Positions 1 to 7,791 of a stretch of DNA of 32,000 nucleotides are shown here, one piece after another. Each line of letters starts with the position of its first letter. Position 1 is the stretch's first letter. This DNA is from Ignicoccus pacificus DSM 13166 (lineage in GTDB: Archaea; Thermoproteota; Thermoprotei_A; Sulfolobales; Ignicoccaceae). The stretch covers positions 1,653,058 through 1,685,057 of the forward strand of contig CP006868.1 of NCBI GenBank assembly GCA_025340205.1, given 5' to 3'. The position numbers and the translations under genes were made by a program. The notes under the pieces are model-generated. The model searched no databases. It was not told the origin of the DNA and worked only from the letters and a program-made list of their open reading frames with translations.

Positions 1-37
1 CAGCGTCGGTGAAACTATAATCCCCCCTGAGCAGATA

Positions 38-229
38 ATGGACGAAGTCGTTAGAATAGTTGAAAATATGATCAATGAATTAGGATTAAAGGGAGAAGTA
101 AAAGTGACCGGGCGCGAGCTCTATGTAGTGATTAGCAAGAGAGTTCCCAAGAAGTTAGTACAACAATTAGAGAAGGCCCTCAAGGCTAGGCTTGGAGACT
201 TGTATGAGGTAAAGGTAACCACGGGGTGA
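38..229 (+). CDS. Hypothetical small protein; may be the 3' end of a longer gene cut by the window edge
   Basis: 63-aa ORF from ATG 38. The same frame has no stop back to nt 2, so the gene may start upstream of the window. Its end carries GGTGAT (224-229), which serves as an SD for the next gene, suggesting an operon. Confidence 0.35.
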   Translation: MDEVVRIVENMINELGLKGEVKVTGRELYVVISKRVPKKLVQQLEKALKARLGDLYEVKVTTG

Positions 230-235
230 TGAATC

Positions 236-1144
236 ATGATATTCTTCTTCGGTAGGAAGAAAAAGGAAGAGAGCATTGTAGTTGGAATAGACAAGGACAA
301 CGTATTCGGGACGATGAGCCCCAAGGGAGGTGTCGGTAAGACTAGCATAACAGTAGAGATAGCCTTCCTTATCGCACAGAAAGACATCAGCGTTGCATTA
401 GTTGACTGGGATCTGTGGTCTCCCAGGTTGACCAGCAGGCTATTGGGAAGCAGCGAAGGCCCCGGACTTTTGGAACTCTTGCTCGGCGAGGCTAATCCTG
501 ATGAAGTAGTCAGAGAGGTAGAGTTCACCACAGTTACCGGTAAGGTAGTTAGGGTAAAACTAGTTCCCGCTTCTAGTAAAGAAGCCTTGGCGAAGGGTGA
601 GGTCAAGAGACTAGCAAGCGAACTGGAACATAAGTACGACAAGGTGAAGGCAAGAGCAGTTGCACTATCCAATTACCTATCCGGTCTCAATGACATAGTC
701 TTCAATGACTACCCCGTACCAAGCGGACCAGCCCCGGCACCCTTCCATAAGATAGCCGCCAGTGCCACCCATTGGTTAAACATAGTCATAGACGCCGTCC
801 CCGTCACAGCCGAATACGCTGCTAGGTACGTGGAGATGTTCTATCCGACGTTGCCGGTATTCGTAGTCTTCGTCAACATGATAAAGCCTGTCCACCATGA
901 GTACAGCGCTGCGGTAGCGAGGGCTCCGGAGCTATGTAAGAAGTTCGCCGCGAAGTACGTAGCATTCATACCCTTCGACGGAAAGTTATATGACGTGAAG
1001 GTATCCGGAGCAGCGCCCCCAGCAAGCATCAATTACAAGCCCACGGAGTCTGCAGCTTTGAAGGTATTGAGAGATGCGGCGATGAAGATAGCCAGGAGGG
1101 AGAAGCCTCCGGGATGCGTCGCCCTACATCTAAAGGTTCTTTAA
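236..1144 (+). CDS. ParA/MinD-family (SIMIBI) P-loop ATPase
   Basis: Deviant Walker A 'SPKGGVGKTS' near the N-terminus, followed by 'ALVDWDLWSPRL' and a Walker B-like 'IVFNDYPVPSG'. ATG 236 lies 6 nt after a GGTGAT SD. Confidence 0.8.
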   Translation: MIFFFGRKKKEESIVVGIDKDNVFGTMSPKGGVGKTSITVEIAFLIAQKDISVALVDWDLWSPRLTSRLLGSSEGPGLLELLLGEANPDEVVREVEFTTVTGKVVRVKLVPASSKEALAKGEVKRLASELEHKYDKVKARAVALSNYLSGLNDIVFNDYPVPSGPAPAPFHKIAASATHWLNIVIDAVPVTAEYAARYVEMFYPTLPVFVVFVNMIKPVHHEYSAAVARAPELCKKFAAKYVAFIPFDGKLYDVKVSGAAPPASINYKPTESAALKVLRDAAMKIARREKPPGCVALHLKVL

Positions 1145-1167
1145 CGATTAATAGGGGGTGAAGTATC

Positions 1168-1482
1168 GTGAAGAAAGAATGGCAGAATGAAGTCCAGAAG
1201 GTCCCAGGATATGAGGTAGCGTGGTACGTCGTCTATGAAGTAAGTGATGTGGAGATAGAGGTACTGGATTATGAAAACATAGACACAGCAACTATAAATA
1301 CACTCAAAGGTATAGTTGCTAATATAATTCATGACTTAAAGGCAATATCCGAGAAAGAGCTGAAGGCAATACCAATAGAGAAAAGGAAACTGGACGTCGT
1401 CACCAGAGCTAAGGGTGGATACATCAGTATGAGCTTAGTTGCTGATAACATGCTAGTGATGGCAGGTCTTAGGAAGAAATAA
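1168..1482 (+). CDS. Hypothetical 104-aa protein, co-operonic partner of the ParA/MinD ATPase
   Basis: GTG 1168 is preceded by GGGGGTGA (1154-1161) and lies 23 nt after the ATPase stop. Alternating alpha/beta-looking sequence. A Roadblock/LC7-like or SegB-like role is only a guess. Confidence 0.5.
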   Translation: MKKEWQNEVQKVPGYEVAWYVVYEVSDVEIEVLDYENIDTATINTLKGIVANIIHDLKAISEKELKAIPIEKRKLDVVTRAKGGYISMSLVADNMLVMAGLRKK

Positions 1483-1484
1483 AG

Positions 1485-1859
1485 TTACGACAACTTAGCT
1501 ATAACCACCCTTACTCGCGATCCGTCCCAGATGGCCCTTATATCAAAGGGCGCTTCGAGCTCTGATTCTGAGAATATCGTCTTGAAGATGGCTGTCGTAG
1601 ACCTTAATGATTTCGATGCCATTACAGCGTGAGCGAGGATAGGAACCAACTGCGAGAGGACCAAGTCCTTGCTAGGATCAACTAACACTGTCATTCCAGG
1701 ATAGCTTGCTGAGCCGGCTCCCTCTCCCTCCCATTTCTCATTAAGAAGCTCCAATATTTCTTTGATTCCATTTATGTTCTCGCTGAGCACTTTTTCCATA
1801 GCTTCTATTAGTTCCTTGAAGTTGTTGTATTTGGCTACTTCAAATGGCAACGTTCTCAC
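1485..1859 (-). CDS. Hypothetical 124-aa protein, translationally coupled to pepA
   Basis: GTG start overlaps the pepA TGA stop as GTGA (1856-1859). I recognised no motif. Confidence 0.5.
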   Translation of the reverse strand: MRTLPFEVAKYNNFKELIEAMEKVLSENINGIKEILELLNEKWEGEGAGSASYPGMTVLVDPSKDLVLSQLVPILAHAVMASKSLRSTTAIFKTIFSESELEAPFDIRAIWDGSRVRVVIAKLS

Positions 1860-3160
1860 CTACCCATTTTCTTGAGAGTTCTCAGCATAAGTCTAGTGCC
1901 CCAACCGGTAGGATAGGGCGAGCACCAGCTAGCTCCGATGCTATTAGCCATAGCCGGTCCGGCTATGTCTAAGTAGACCCATGGCTCTGGTGCGAATTCT
2001 TTTAAGAACAAGGCTCCCATGATGCTTCCGGCTTGCCTCTTCTTGCTTATGTTAGCTATATCTGCCGCCGGGTGAGACAAGTACTCCTTATACTTCTTGT
2101 ATAGGGGCATCCTCCAGACGAGCTCTCCAGTCTCCTTCGATGCTTCTTCAACAACCTTAGCAAGTTCATCATCGGTAGCATAGAGCGCTGCTATGTCATA
2201 GCCTAAAGCTATTATCTGGGCACCAGTTAAGGTCGCTAAGGTAAAGGTTACGCTGGGTGAGTATTTCTTGGCATATGTTAGAGCATCAGCGAGGATCAAG
2301 CGTCCTTCAGCATCTGTATTAGATATATGGACGTACTTTCCGCTATAACTCTTAATGATATCCTCGGGTTTGTAAGCTCTGCCGGAAATCAAGTTCTCAG
2401 CAAGAGGTACCAAGGTAACCAAGTTAACGTCTAAGTTTAGCTTCGCTGCCCAAATAGTGGCCGAGGTCACCGCCGCTGCGCCGCTCATGTCAGCGTGCAT
2501 GCCCTCCATGTAGTTAGGAGGCTTCAAGTCGTACCCTCCTGCATCAAATGTGACACCCTTTCCAACCAAGGATACCTTCTTCCCTCCACCGTTGTACTCC
2601 AAGATCATGAGCCTGGGGGGTATGTCGGAGCCCTTACCGACGGCTAGTAGTAAGTTTAATCCTTCCTTCTCTAAGTCTTCCTTCTCTAATACAGTAACCG
2701 AGATCGGCAGACCTCTAACGACCTCTCTTACCCTATCAGGGAAGGTTCTGGGATTGAGTTGATTTGGAGGTTCACTAGCTAATTCTCTTGCGAACATTTG
2801 TGCCCTAGCATGTTCTAACGCTTCCTTCAACTCATCACAATCTCTTACAACAAAGTAAACAGTTCTTTCTTTTTTGTCAGATTTATACTTATCGAAGTCC
2901 CAAGCGGTTAAGGCTAACCCAGTAACTATAGCATACGGGTTGTCTACCTTGCGGAGGTCTACTACGGAGAACTTGAATTTCTTGAGTGATTTTCCTAAAC
3001 CATATCCCGTTTCGAAGGGATCCTCCTTGTTGTAGACTGTTAGGAGCTTGAGAATACCATCCTCCTTAACTAGTAGCGACTTCACACCTTTGGTATCTTC
3101 AGGTAACAAGGGAACGCTTGCCCTTTCCAAGAGTTCATTTTCTGAATCAAGGAACTCCAC
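1856..3160 (-). CDS. pepA: Leucyl/cytosol aminopeptidase, peptidase family M17
   Basis: M17 signature 'NTDAEGRL', plus 'VGKGVTFDAGGYDLKP' and 'MHADMSGAAAV'. 434 aa, a typical length. Confidence 0.9.
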   Translation of the reverse strand: MEFLDSENELLERASVPLLPEDTKGVKSLLVKEDGILKLLTVYNKEDPFETGYGLGKSLKKFKFSVVDLRKVDNPYAIVTGLALTAWDFDKYKSDKKERTVYFVVRDCDELKEALEHARAQMFARELASEPPNQLNPRTFPDRVREVVRGLPISVTVLEKEDLEKEGLNLLLAVGKGSDIPPRLMILEYNGGGKKVSLVGKGVTFDAGGYDLKPPNYMEGMHADMSGAAAVTSATIWAAKLNLDVNLVTLVPLAENLISGRAYKPEDIIKSYSGKYVHISNTDAEGRLILADALTYAKKYSPSVTFTLATLTGAQIIALGYDIAALYATDDELAKVVEEASKETGELVWRMPLYKKYKEYLSHPAADIANISKKRQAGSIMGALFLKEFAPEPWVYLDIAGPAMANSIGASWCSPYPTGWGTRLMLRTLKKMGR

Positions 3161-3355
3161 CTTTACACCGGGTAACGTCGAAGGCTCCGAAGTAGTGCAT
3201 TGAAGATTCAGCAGGGCTCACACCCGTTAGTCACACCTTAATATCCCCTTTAAGGGGTAGCCTTAGGCACTTCATACTCGAGAAGTTTCTCGGTTTTTAT
3301 GAGCGATGAGGTGAACCGGCAAATCTGATAGGTGATGAGTCAGAGTTACGCCGAG

Positions 3356-3703
3356 CTATATTTTGAAGAATATATGAAGCAGAACGTATACTATAGCAGC
3401 AATAATCAAGTTACTGAGCACAGTTTTCCATGTTAACTCTTTCAGCTTATCGGCGGCGGCGATGAAGAGCATTGCAAGACCTAAAACGTTTGTCAAGGTA
3501 TAGCCTATCCAATAACCTATATCAAAACTGACTATTGGTCTGAGTGCCATTGCTATAAGAATAGCAAGTGGAATGTTGACGAAGCTATCGTTCCAAGGGG
3601 TTAATGGTGAAAGCATGAAGCCTATGAAGGCTACGGCTGCTCTGATCAGATGCGCCGGGCGTTTACGTCCTCCCTTGACGGTCTTGCCGGTGGTTCTCAT
3701 CAT
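3356..3703 (-). CDS. Small integral membrane protein (about 3 TM segments)
   Basis: Basic N-terminus (KGGRKRPAH) followed by hydrophobic segments. Last gene of the co-directional string nurA-like > 101 aa > 54 aa > this. Confidence 0.6.
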   Translation of the reverse strand: MMRTTGKTVKGGRKRPAHLIRAAVAFIGFMLSPLTPWNDSFVNIPLAILIAMALRPIVSFDIGYWIGYTLTNVLGLAMLFIAAADKLKELTWKTVLSNLIIAAIVYVLLHIFFKI

Positions 3704-3721
3704 CTCAAGTTTTGGAAAGCG

Positions 3722-3886
3722 CTAGTCCTTAATAAAACCGGTACAGTAGATACACTTACATAGCTTAGAATTAGGATCGTACATATAGGCATGACAGAAG
3801 TTGTCTTGACACTTTATGAAACACTCTTCTTCACTTTCTATATCATTAAAAGTTATGTCTCTTATCGCTGGTTCTATCTTCTTCAT
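3722..3886 (-). CDS. 54-aa Cys-rich ORF, below the ORF-track cutoff
   Basis: My translation of the minus strand: MKKIEPAIRDITFNDIESEEECFIKCQDNFCHAYMYDPNSKLCKCIYCTGFIKD*. It has 6 Cys and 1 His. The ATG lies 5 nt after the stop of the 101-aa gene, and the ORF fills the gap before the membrane protein gene. Confidence 0.4.
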   Translation of the reverse strand: MKKIEPAIRDITFNDIESEEECFIKCQDNFCHAYMYDPNSKLCKCIYCTGFIKD

Positions 3887-3891
3887 CTCTT

Positions 3892-4197
3892 TCACTCTAA
3901 CTCTTCCAATACTTCCTCTGGTATGTGAGCGGAGGGAGCTCTTAGCGCTTTACGGGCCAGCTCCCTAGCTATCGGATTAAGTGACTTGAATTCGTCAGAT
4001 TCTATGTCTATCTTCTTTATCTTGCCCTTGTACTTATCCTTTTTCTCCTCTAATTCCTTTGGAGGTATGATGAATGCTGTGAACTTCGGGTTGGTCTCAG
4101 ATGGGATCCTTCCAGTTGCAATGGCTACGTGAACCTCTCCGTCTAAGCCCCTCCTGGCTCTCACGATATAGACGTCTACGTCCACTGGCTTGTACAT
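3892..4197 (-). CDS. Hypothetical 101-aa protein downstream of the NurA-like gene
   Basis: ATG ORF 34 nt downstream of the nurA-like stop on the same strand. Charged Lys/Glu-rich centre. No recognised motif. Confidence 0.55.
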   Translation of the reverse strand: MYKPVDVDVYIVRARRGLDGEVHVAIATGRIPSETNPKFTAFIIPPKELEEKKDKYKGKIKKIDIESDEFKSLNPIARELARKALRAPSAHIPEEVLEELE

Positions 4198-4231
4198 CTA
4201 CTCTCCCTCTCGGAGCTTGAAGAAAAAGGGA

Positions 4232-5221
4232 TTAAAGCGCTTCGCGCCCTGTTCTAAGAAGTCCTCCTCCAGCCCTTCTTAGTAGTACGTTGAAGTAGCG
4301 GTCACTAATTTCACATCTCCTATGAGCCAGTTTAAGGGGTAGAGGATATCCTTTTACTGAATAGTAAATTAGTATTTTAAAGATCTCTTCCATTTCGTCT
4401 TCGTTAACATTTCCTAGTACCTCAACTACGTAAACGCTACCTCTTTTACTGAACTTCATATACGATCTACTTATCGTTACTGTTTCTTGGGGGCTACACC
4501 CGACCTCGAGTTCTTGTATGAAGGGTTTTGTGAAACCAGGAGTCTTTGCTAACACATCTATTATCTCTATATCATATATCTCCGGATCGTTAAACACGGA
4601 ATTATCCATAAACGATTTGCCCACGTAAACCGTCGGAACCTTGCGTGCAATCCTAGCTACTTCTTTGTACATCTCCTTTTTCCATCCACACTCAACTCTT
4701 ATGGCTTCAGCTACGTCGTTAGTATTCCTTACTCTTACTAATAGTTCATCTAGAGTACCCTTGAAGGGAGTGCAACCATACGCGCTCAAGTCTGCGTGAC
4801 ACTTGCTAGCAACGCTGAACATGCCATCCATCATCATAAAGAATGTTGGATTCGCTTCTGTAAAATCGGAATAGAGTTCTGCCTCTAGACCTTCCATGTA
4901 CATAATAGTTCTCTCTCGCCAGAACTGAGGAAAACGTAATATTCCCATCTTTTCCTTTTTGGGAGTCTCTTCAGTAGAACCCTTGGGTATTTTGATTACT
5001 ACGGCCCTAACGGCAAAGACAGTAGCCGCGTGAAGCTTCTTCCTGTTGACAGAGCCATCGATAGCAGCTACGGGTATACCATCAGACCTTTCTGTAATAT
5101 CCATCGAGTTCCAGAGTTCGTTAAACTTATCCATGTATTCTTCGGCGAGCGTCCTTAACGCGTTTTGTGTAAGTATCGACCTCAATTCAATTGAATCTTT
5201 AATTAGACCTTGATAGACCAA
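4232..5221 (-). CDS. nurA: NurA-like nuclease (RNase H-like fold)
   Basis: N-terminal 'VAAIDGS' and central 'FFMMMDGMFS' match the conserved acidic DGS / DG motifs of NurA. Divergently paired with a HerA-like ATPase. The TTG start at 5221 is uncertain; in-frame ATG at 5134. Confidence 0.6.
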   Translation of the reverse strand: MVYQGLIKDSIELRSILTQNALRTLAEEYMDKFNELWNSMDITERSDGIPVAAIDGSVNRKKLHAATVFAVRAVVIKIPKGSTEETPKKEKMGILRFPQFWRERTIMYMEGLEAELYSDFTEANPTFFMMMDGMFSVASKCHADLSAYGCTPFKGTLDELLVRVRNTNDVAEAIRVECGWKKEMYKEVARIARKVPTVYVGKSFMDNSVFNDPEIYDIEIIDVLAKTPGFTKPFIQELEVGCSPQETVTISRSYMKFSKRGSVYVVEVLGNVNEDEMEEIFKILIYYSVKGYPLPLKLAHRRCEISDRYFNVLLRRAGGGLLRTGREAL

Positions 5222-5311
5222 TCCCGACCCCCCACATTAATATCTCTTTGTACTATGATAATACGCTCGGGCATGGTATTTATGGAAACACAGTTCACTG
5301 AAAGTGTATAC

Positions 5312-7009
5312 ATGGAAGATGAGAGTGTAGGATATGTCGTTGGAGAGACTTCGACAACGCAAGTAGTCGCTAGATACGATGGTAAAGTCATTAGAGGAAA
5401 GTACGTTATAGTAAAAGGAGAGGACAAGTACCTACTAGGACTCATCGAGGATGTTAGAAGCAGAAGTGATCTAATTGAGGATGGATTACATACCGAAGAC
5501 ATAAAGAGAATAGTTGAAGAGATAGGTATGGACGAGAAGGCGGTTTATGCCAAGATACGTTTGTTAGCCGAATTGGACGAACTCTTAAATGGAAAGATAG
5601 TCCCTCCGAGAACGGCCCCTCATCCCGGAGCAGAAGTACGCGTAGCTTCAGATGAGTTGTTGAGAAGGATCTTTACGAAGGATAACGATCCCAGATATAT
5701 TCGTATAGGTACGTTAGCTGCACATCCTAATGTTCCGTTCTTCGTTAACTTAAATCAAATAGTTACGAGGCATTTAGCTATACTAGCGGTCACTGGAGCC
5801 GGAAAGAGTAACACCGTAACTGTTCTCTCAGAAAGAATTGCACGAAAAGGAGGCATAGTCGTTATATTTGATATGCATGGAGAATATAGCAAGGCCACCG
5901 ATGAGGAGCTAATAAATACAATAAAAGGTAAGATCAATCCTAATAAAATAGATCACAGTAGTTTCGTTAGATTACTTAATCTTAGAGAAGCACCTAAGCA
6001 AGAGCTCTATATTAGGAACTTACTTAAAGCATGGAATGTGCTATATCAAGGTAACTTCTATAAGGATCCCTCGGATATGCTAGACGCGCTAAGTGAGATG
6101 TTAGAGGAATTAATGGGTGGGAGCAAGTTACCTATAATAAAGGATCCTTACTTAGTATCAAAGGCAGTTGATGAGGAGCTTAGGAAGAGTAAGACTATAC
6201 ACATGAAGCCTTTGAAGTTCTTGATAGGTTTCGTCAAGGGTAATCTAGCTTCGGCGAGGTATAGCTTTTGCAAGGATCCGGAGAGATGTATGTCAGCTAT
6301 GAGCGTTCTTGACGTTCCTGGTACTGACAAGAACTCGACATTACCTTCATTGATGATTAAATTGGAGGATATGAAGGAGAGGTATAAGGAAATAATTGAT
6401 TTTGCATTTAATGACATAATTGATAAAATAGAGAAAGGAAAAATAAATGTTGTTGATCTCAGTACCGTGGATGAAGACGCAGCCGATGTTATAGTGAGCA
6501 CTTTCCTAAAGAGGATACTATTTGAAAGAAAGAGATATGTTCAGAGCGGAGGAACAGAGGGCTTCAAGTACCCATTGCTGGTGGTCTTGGAAGAGGCTCA
6601 CATCCTCGCTCCACGTGATAGGAGTACGAGTACCAAGCATTGGGCTGCTAGGGTAGCTAGGGAGGGAAGGAAGTTCGGGGTAGGGATATGCTTGGTTTCC
6701 CAGAGACCTAAGAACGTCGACCAAGATACCTTGAGTCAGGCCAATAACATGATAATCTTAAGGTTAATCGAACCGAGTGATCAGAAGCACGTGCAAGCGA
6801 GCAGTGAATCGCTAAGCGACGACCTTCTCTCGCAACTTCCCTCTCTGGCAACCGGAGAAGGGGTGGTTCTGGGTCCAATGACTACGTTGCCGGCTTTGGT
6901 AAAGATAGATAAAGCAGAGAAGAAGGTAATTGGAGCAGATATAGATGTCGTCAAGGAGTGGCAGAACGAAGAGAGAGTGGAGGTAGAAGACATTTGGTCA
7001 CAGCTGTAG
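5312..7009 (+). CDS. herA: HerA-like (FtsK/HerA superfamily, DUF87) hexameric ATPase/translocase
   Basis: HAS-barrel-like N-terminus 'VGYVVGETSTT...GKYVIVKG...YLLGLIEDV', Walker A 'AVTGAGKSNT', Walker B 'LLVVLEEAH', and 'CLVSQRPKNVD'. The track ORF starts at 5210 but overlaps the nurA-like start. ATG 5312 (or 5282) is more plausible, with TATTTAT at about 5276-5282. Confidence 0.85.
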   Translation: MEDESVGYVVGETSTTQVVARYDGKVIRGKYVIVKGEDKYLLGLIEDVRSRSDLIEDGLHTEDIKRIVEEIGMDEKAVYAKIRLLAELDELLNGKIVPPRTAPHPGAEVRVASDELLRRIFTKDNDPRYIRIGTLAAHPNVPFFVNLNQIVTRHLAILAVTGAGKSNTVTVLSERIARKGGIVVIFDMHGEYSKATDEELINTIKGKINPNKIDHSSFVRLLNLREAPKQELYIRNLLKAWNVLYQGNFYKDPSDMLDALSEMLEELMGGSKLPIIKDPYLVSKAVDEELRKSKTIHMKPLKFLIGFVKGNLASARYSFCKDPERCMSAMSVLDVPGTDKNSTLPSLMIKLEDMKERYKEIIDFAFNDIIDKIEKGKINVVDLSTVDEDAADVIVSTFLKRILFERKRYVQSGGTEGFKYPLLVVLEEAHILAPRDRSTSTKHWAARVAREGRKFGVGICLVSQRPKNVDQDTLSQANNMIILRLIEPSDQKHVQASSESLSDDLLSQLPSLATGEGVVLGPMTTLPALVKIDKAEKKVIGADIDVVKEWQNEERVEVEDIWSQL

Positions 7010-7791
7010 GCTTGGGAGGAATCGGAGGTACCCTAATAGCCCTAGCTCATTCTCCAAAGGTAGATAGAGTCGTGGTCTTAAGATCATGCAAGAGACGCGA
7101 CGTGAAACATGCTAAGAAAGTAGCTGATAGCGCCTTTTTGGTAAATCCCAGTACGATGATAAACAAGAAACCATCCTTAGAAGGTCAGTTAGCTTCCAAG
7201 GACTATGAAACGTATGTTGTCTGTCTAGATTCTCCATGGCCTATGGTGTTGGAAAGCGTAGACGTAGTCGTCGAGGGAGATGTGGTAGCTGGAGATATGG
7301 CATGTTTATGCAGTCCCAAACCTCCTAGATGCTTTCCTTCATTTAAAGCCTTAGCTGCCTTGGGAGAGCGCGAGGGTGTCCTCGTTAGCTCGCTCCTAGG
7401 GAGACCCCCTGCAGACGCTAGCTGTGTTGCCGAAAGGTTAGAGAGAAACATCCACTGCTTCAAGGGTCGAAGAGTGCTATCCGGAAAACCTCTTGAGGAT
7501 TACATCAGGTTATTGGATTATCTTTATGCCAAAGTTCCTAACAGTATGATAATAGAACTTCGAAAGGAGGTGCTAAAGGGTAAGCTGGAGATCCTCGAGT
7601 TCGATTACCCGTGCTTTTACGAGTTCTCGAGAGACGCCCAAGCCCTTAGACAAAAGGGTCCTAAAGACTTTCGTATAGGGATGAAACCTTGTAAAGGAGA
7701 CCTTACCGAAGTGCTTAAGAGAATAGGAGTTGAGTTAGGAGGTGACGAGAGTTCCGCAGATTCCCTCCACTATAGCTCTTCTGACGTTTGA
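6958..7791 (+). CDS. Hypothetical Cys-rich protein with an N-terminal GxGGxGG Rossmann-like motif
   Basis: 'VTAVGLGGIGGTLIALAHSPKVDRVVVL' resembles a dinucleotide-binding / ThiF-like beta-alpha-beta element. GGAGGT (6979-6984) precedes an in-frame TTG at 6994, a likely alternative start. The ORF overlaps the herA 3' end and overlaps pyrH convergently by 57 nt. Confidence 0.45.
   Translation: MAERRESGGRRHLVTAVGLGGIGGTLIALAHSPKVDRVVVLRSCKRRDVKHAKKVADSAFLVNPSTMINKKPSLEGQLASKDYETYVVCLDSPWPMVLESVDVVVEGDVVAGDMACLCSPKPPRCFPSFKALAALGEREGVLVSSLLGRPPADASCVAERLERNIHCFKGRRVLSGKPLEDYIRLLDYLYAKVPNSMIIELRKEVLKGKLEILEFDYPCFYEFSRDAQALRQKGPKDFRIGMKPCKGDLTEVLKRIGVELGGDESSADSLHYSSSDV

Noticed and set aside
121-672. 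183-aa minus-strand ORF opposite the first ParA/MinD gene
   Set aside because: It is Ser/Leu/Thr/Pro-rich low-complexity sequence lying fully antisense to a gene with clear Walker motifs. This is a typical shadow ORF.
3245-3257. Perfect palindrome CCCCTTTAAGGGG upstream of pepA
   Set aside because: It is a single 13-nt palindrome with essentially no loop, so it cannot form a hairpin. It may be a protein-binding site, but one occurrence cannot support that.
3303-3354. C/D-box-like motifs in the pepA upstream spacer (GCGATGA ... CTGA-TAG-GTGATGA ... CCGA)
   Set aside because: The internal D'/C' pair is good, but both terminal boxes carry mismatches, the first spacer is 15 nt and there is no terminal stem. 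The evidence is too weak to call a feature, though small-RNA-seq could revisit it.
5203-5311. N-terminal extension of the HerA ORF (5210-5311) and the 99-aa antisense ORF 5203-5502
   Set aside because: The extension overlaps the nurA-like start on the other strand and covers the only available promoter spacer. The HerA barrel motif begins right after ATG 5312. The antisense ORF is low-complexity shadow sequence.
6148-6993. Minus-strand ORFs 6148-6501, 6518-6724 and 6781-6993 inside herA-like
   Set aside because: All are antisense to a well-supported ATPase gene and are Ser/Leu-rich. I treat them as shadow ORFs.
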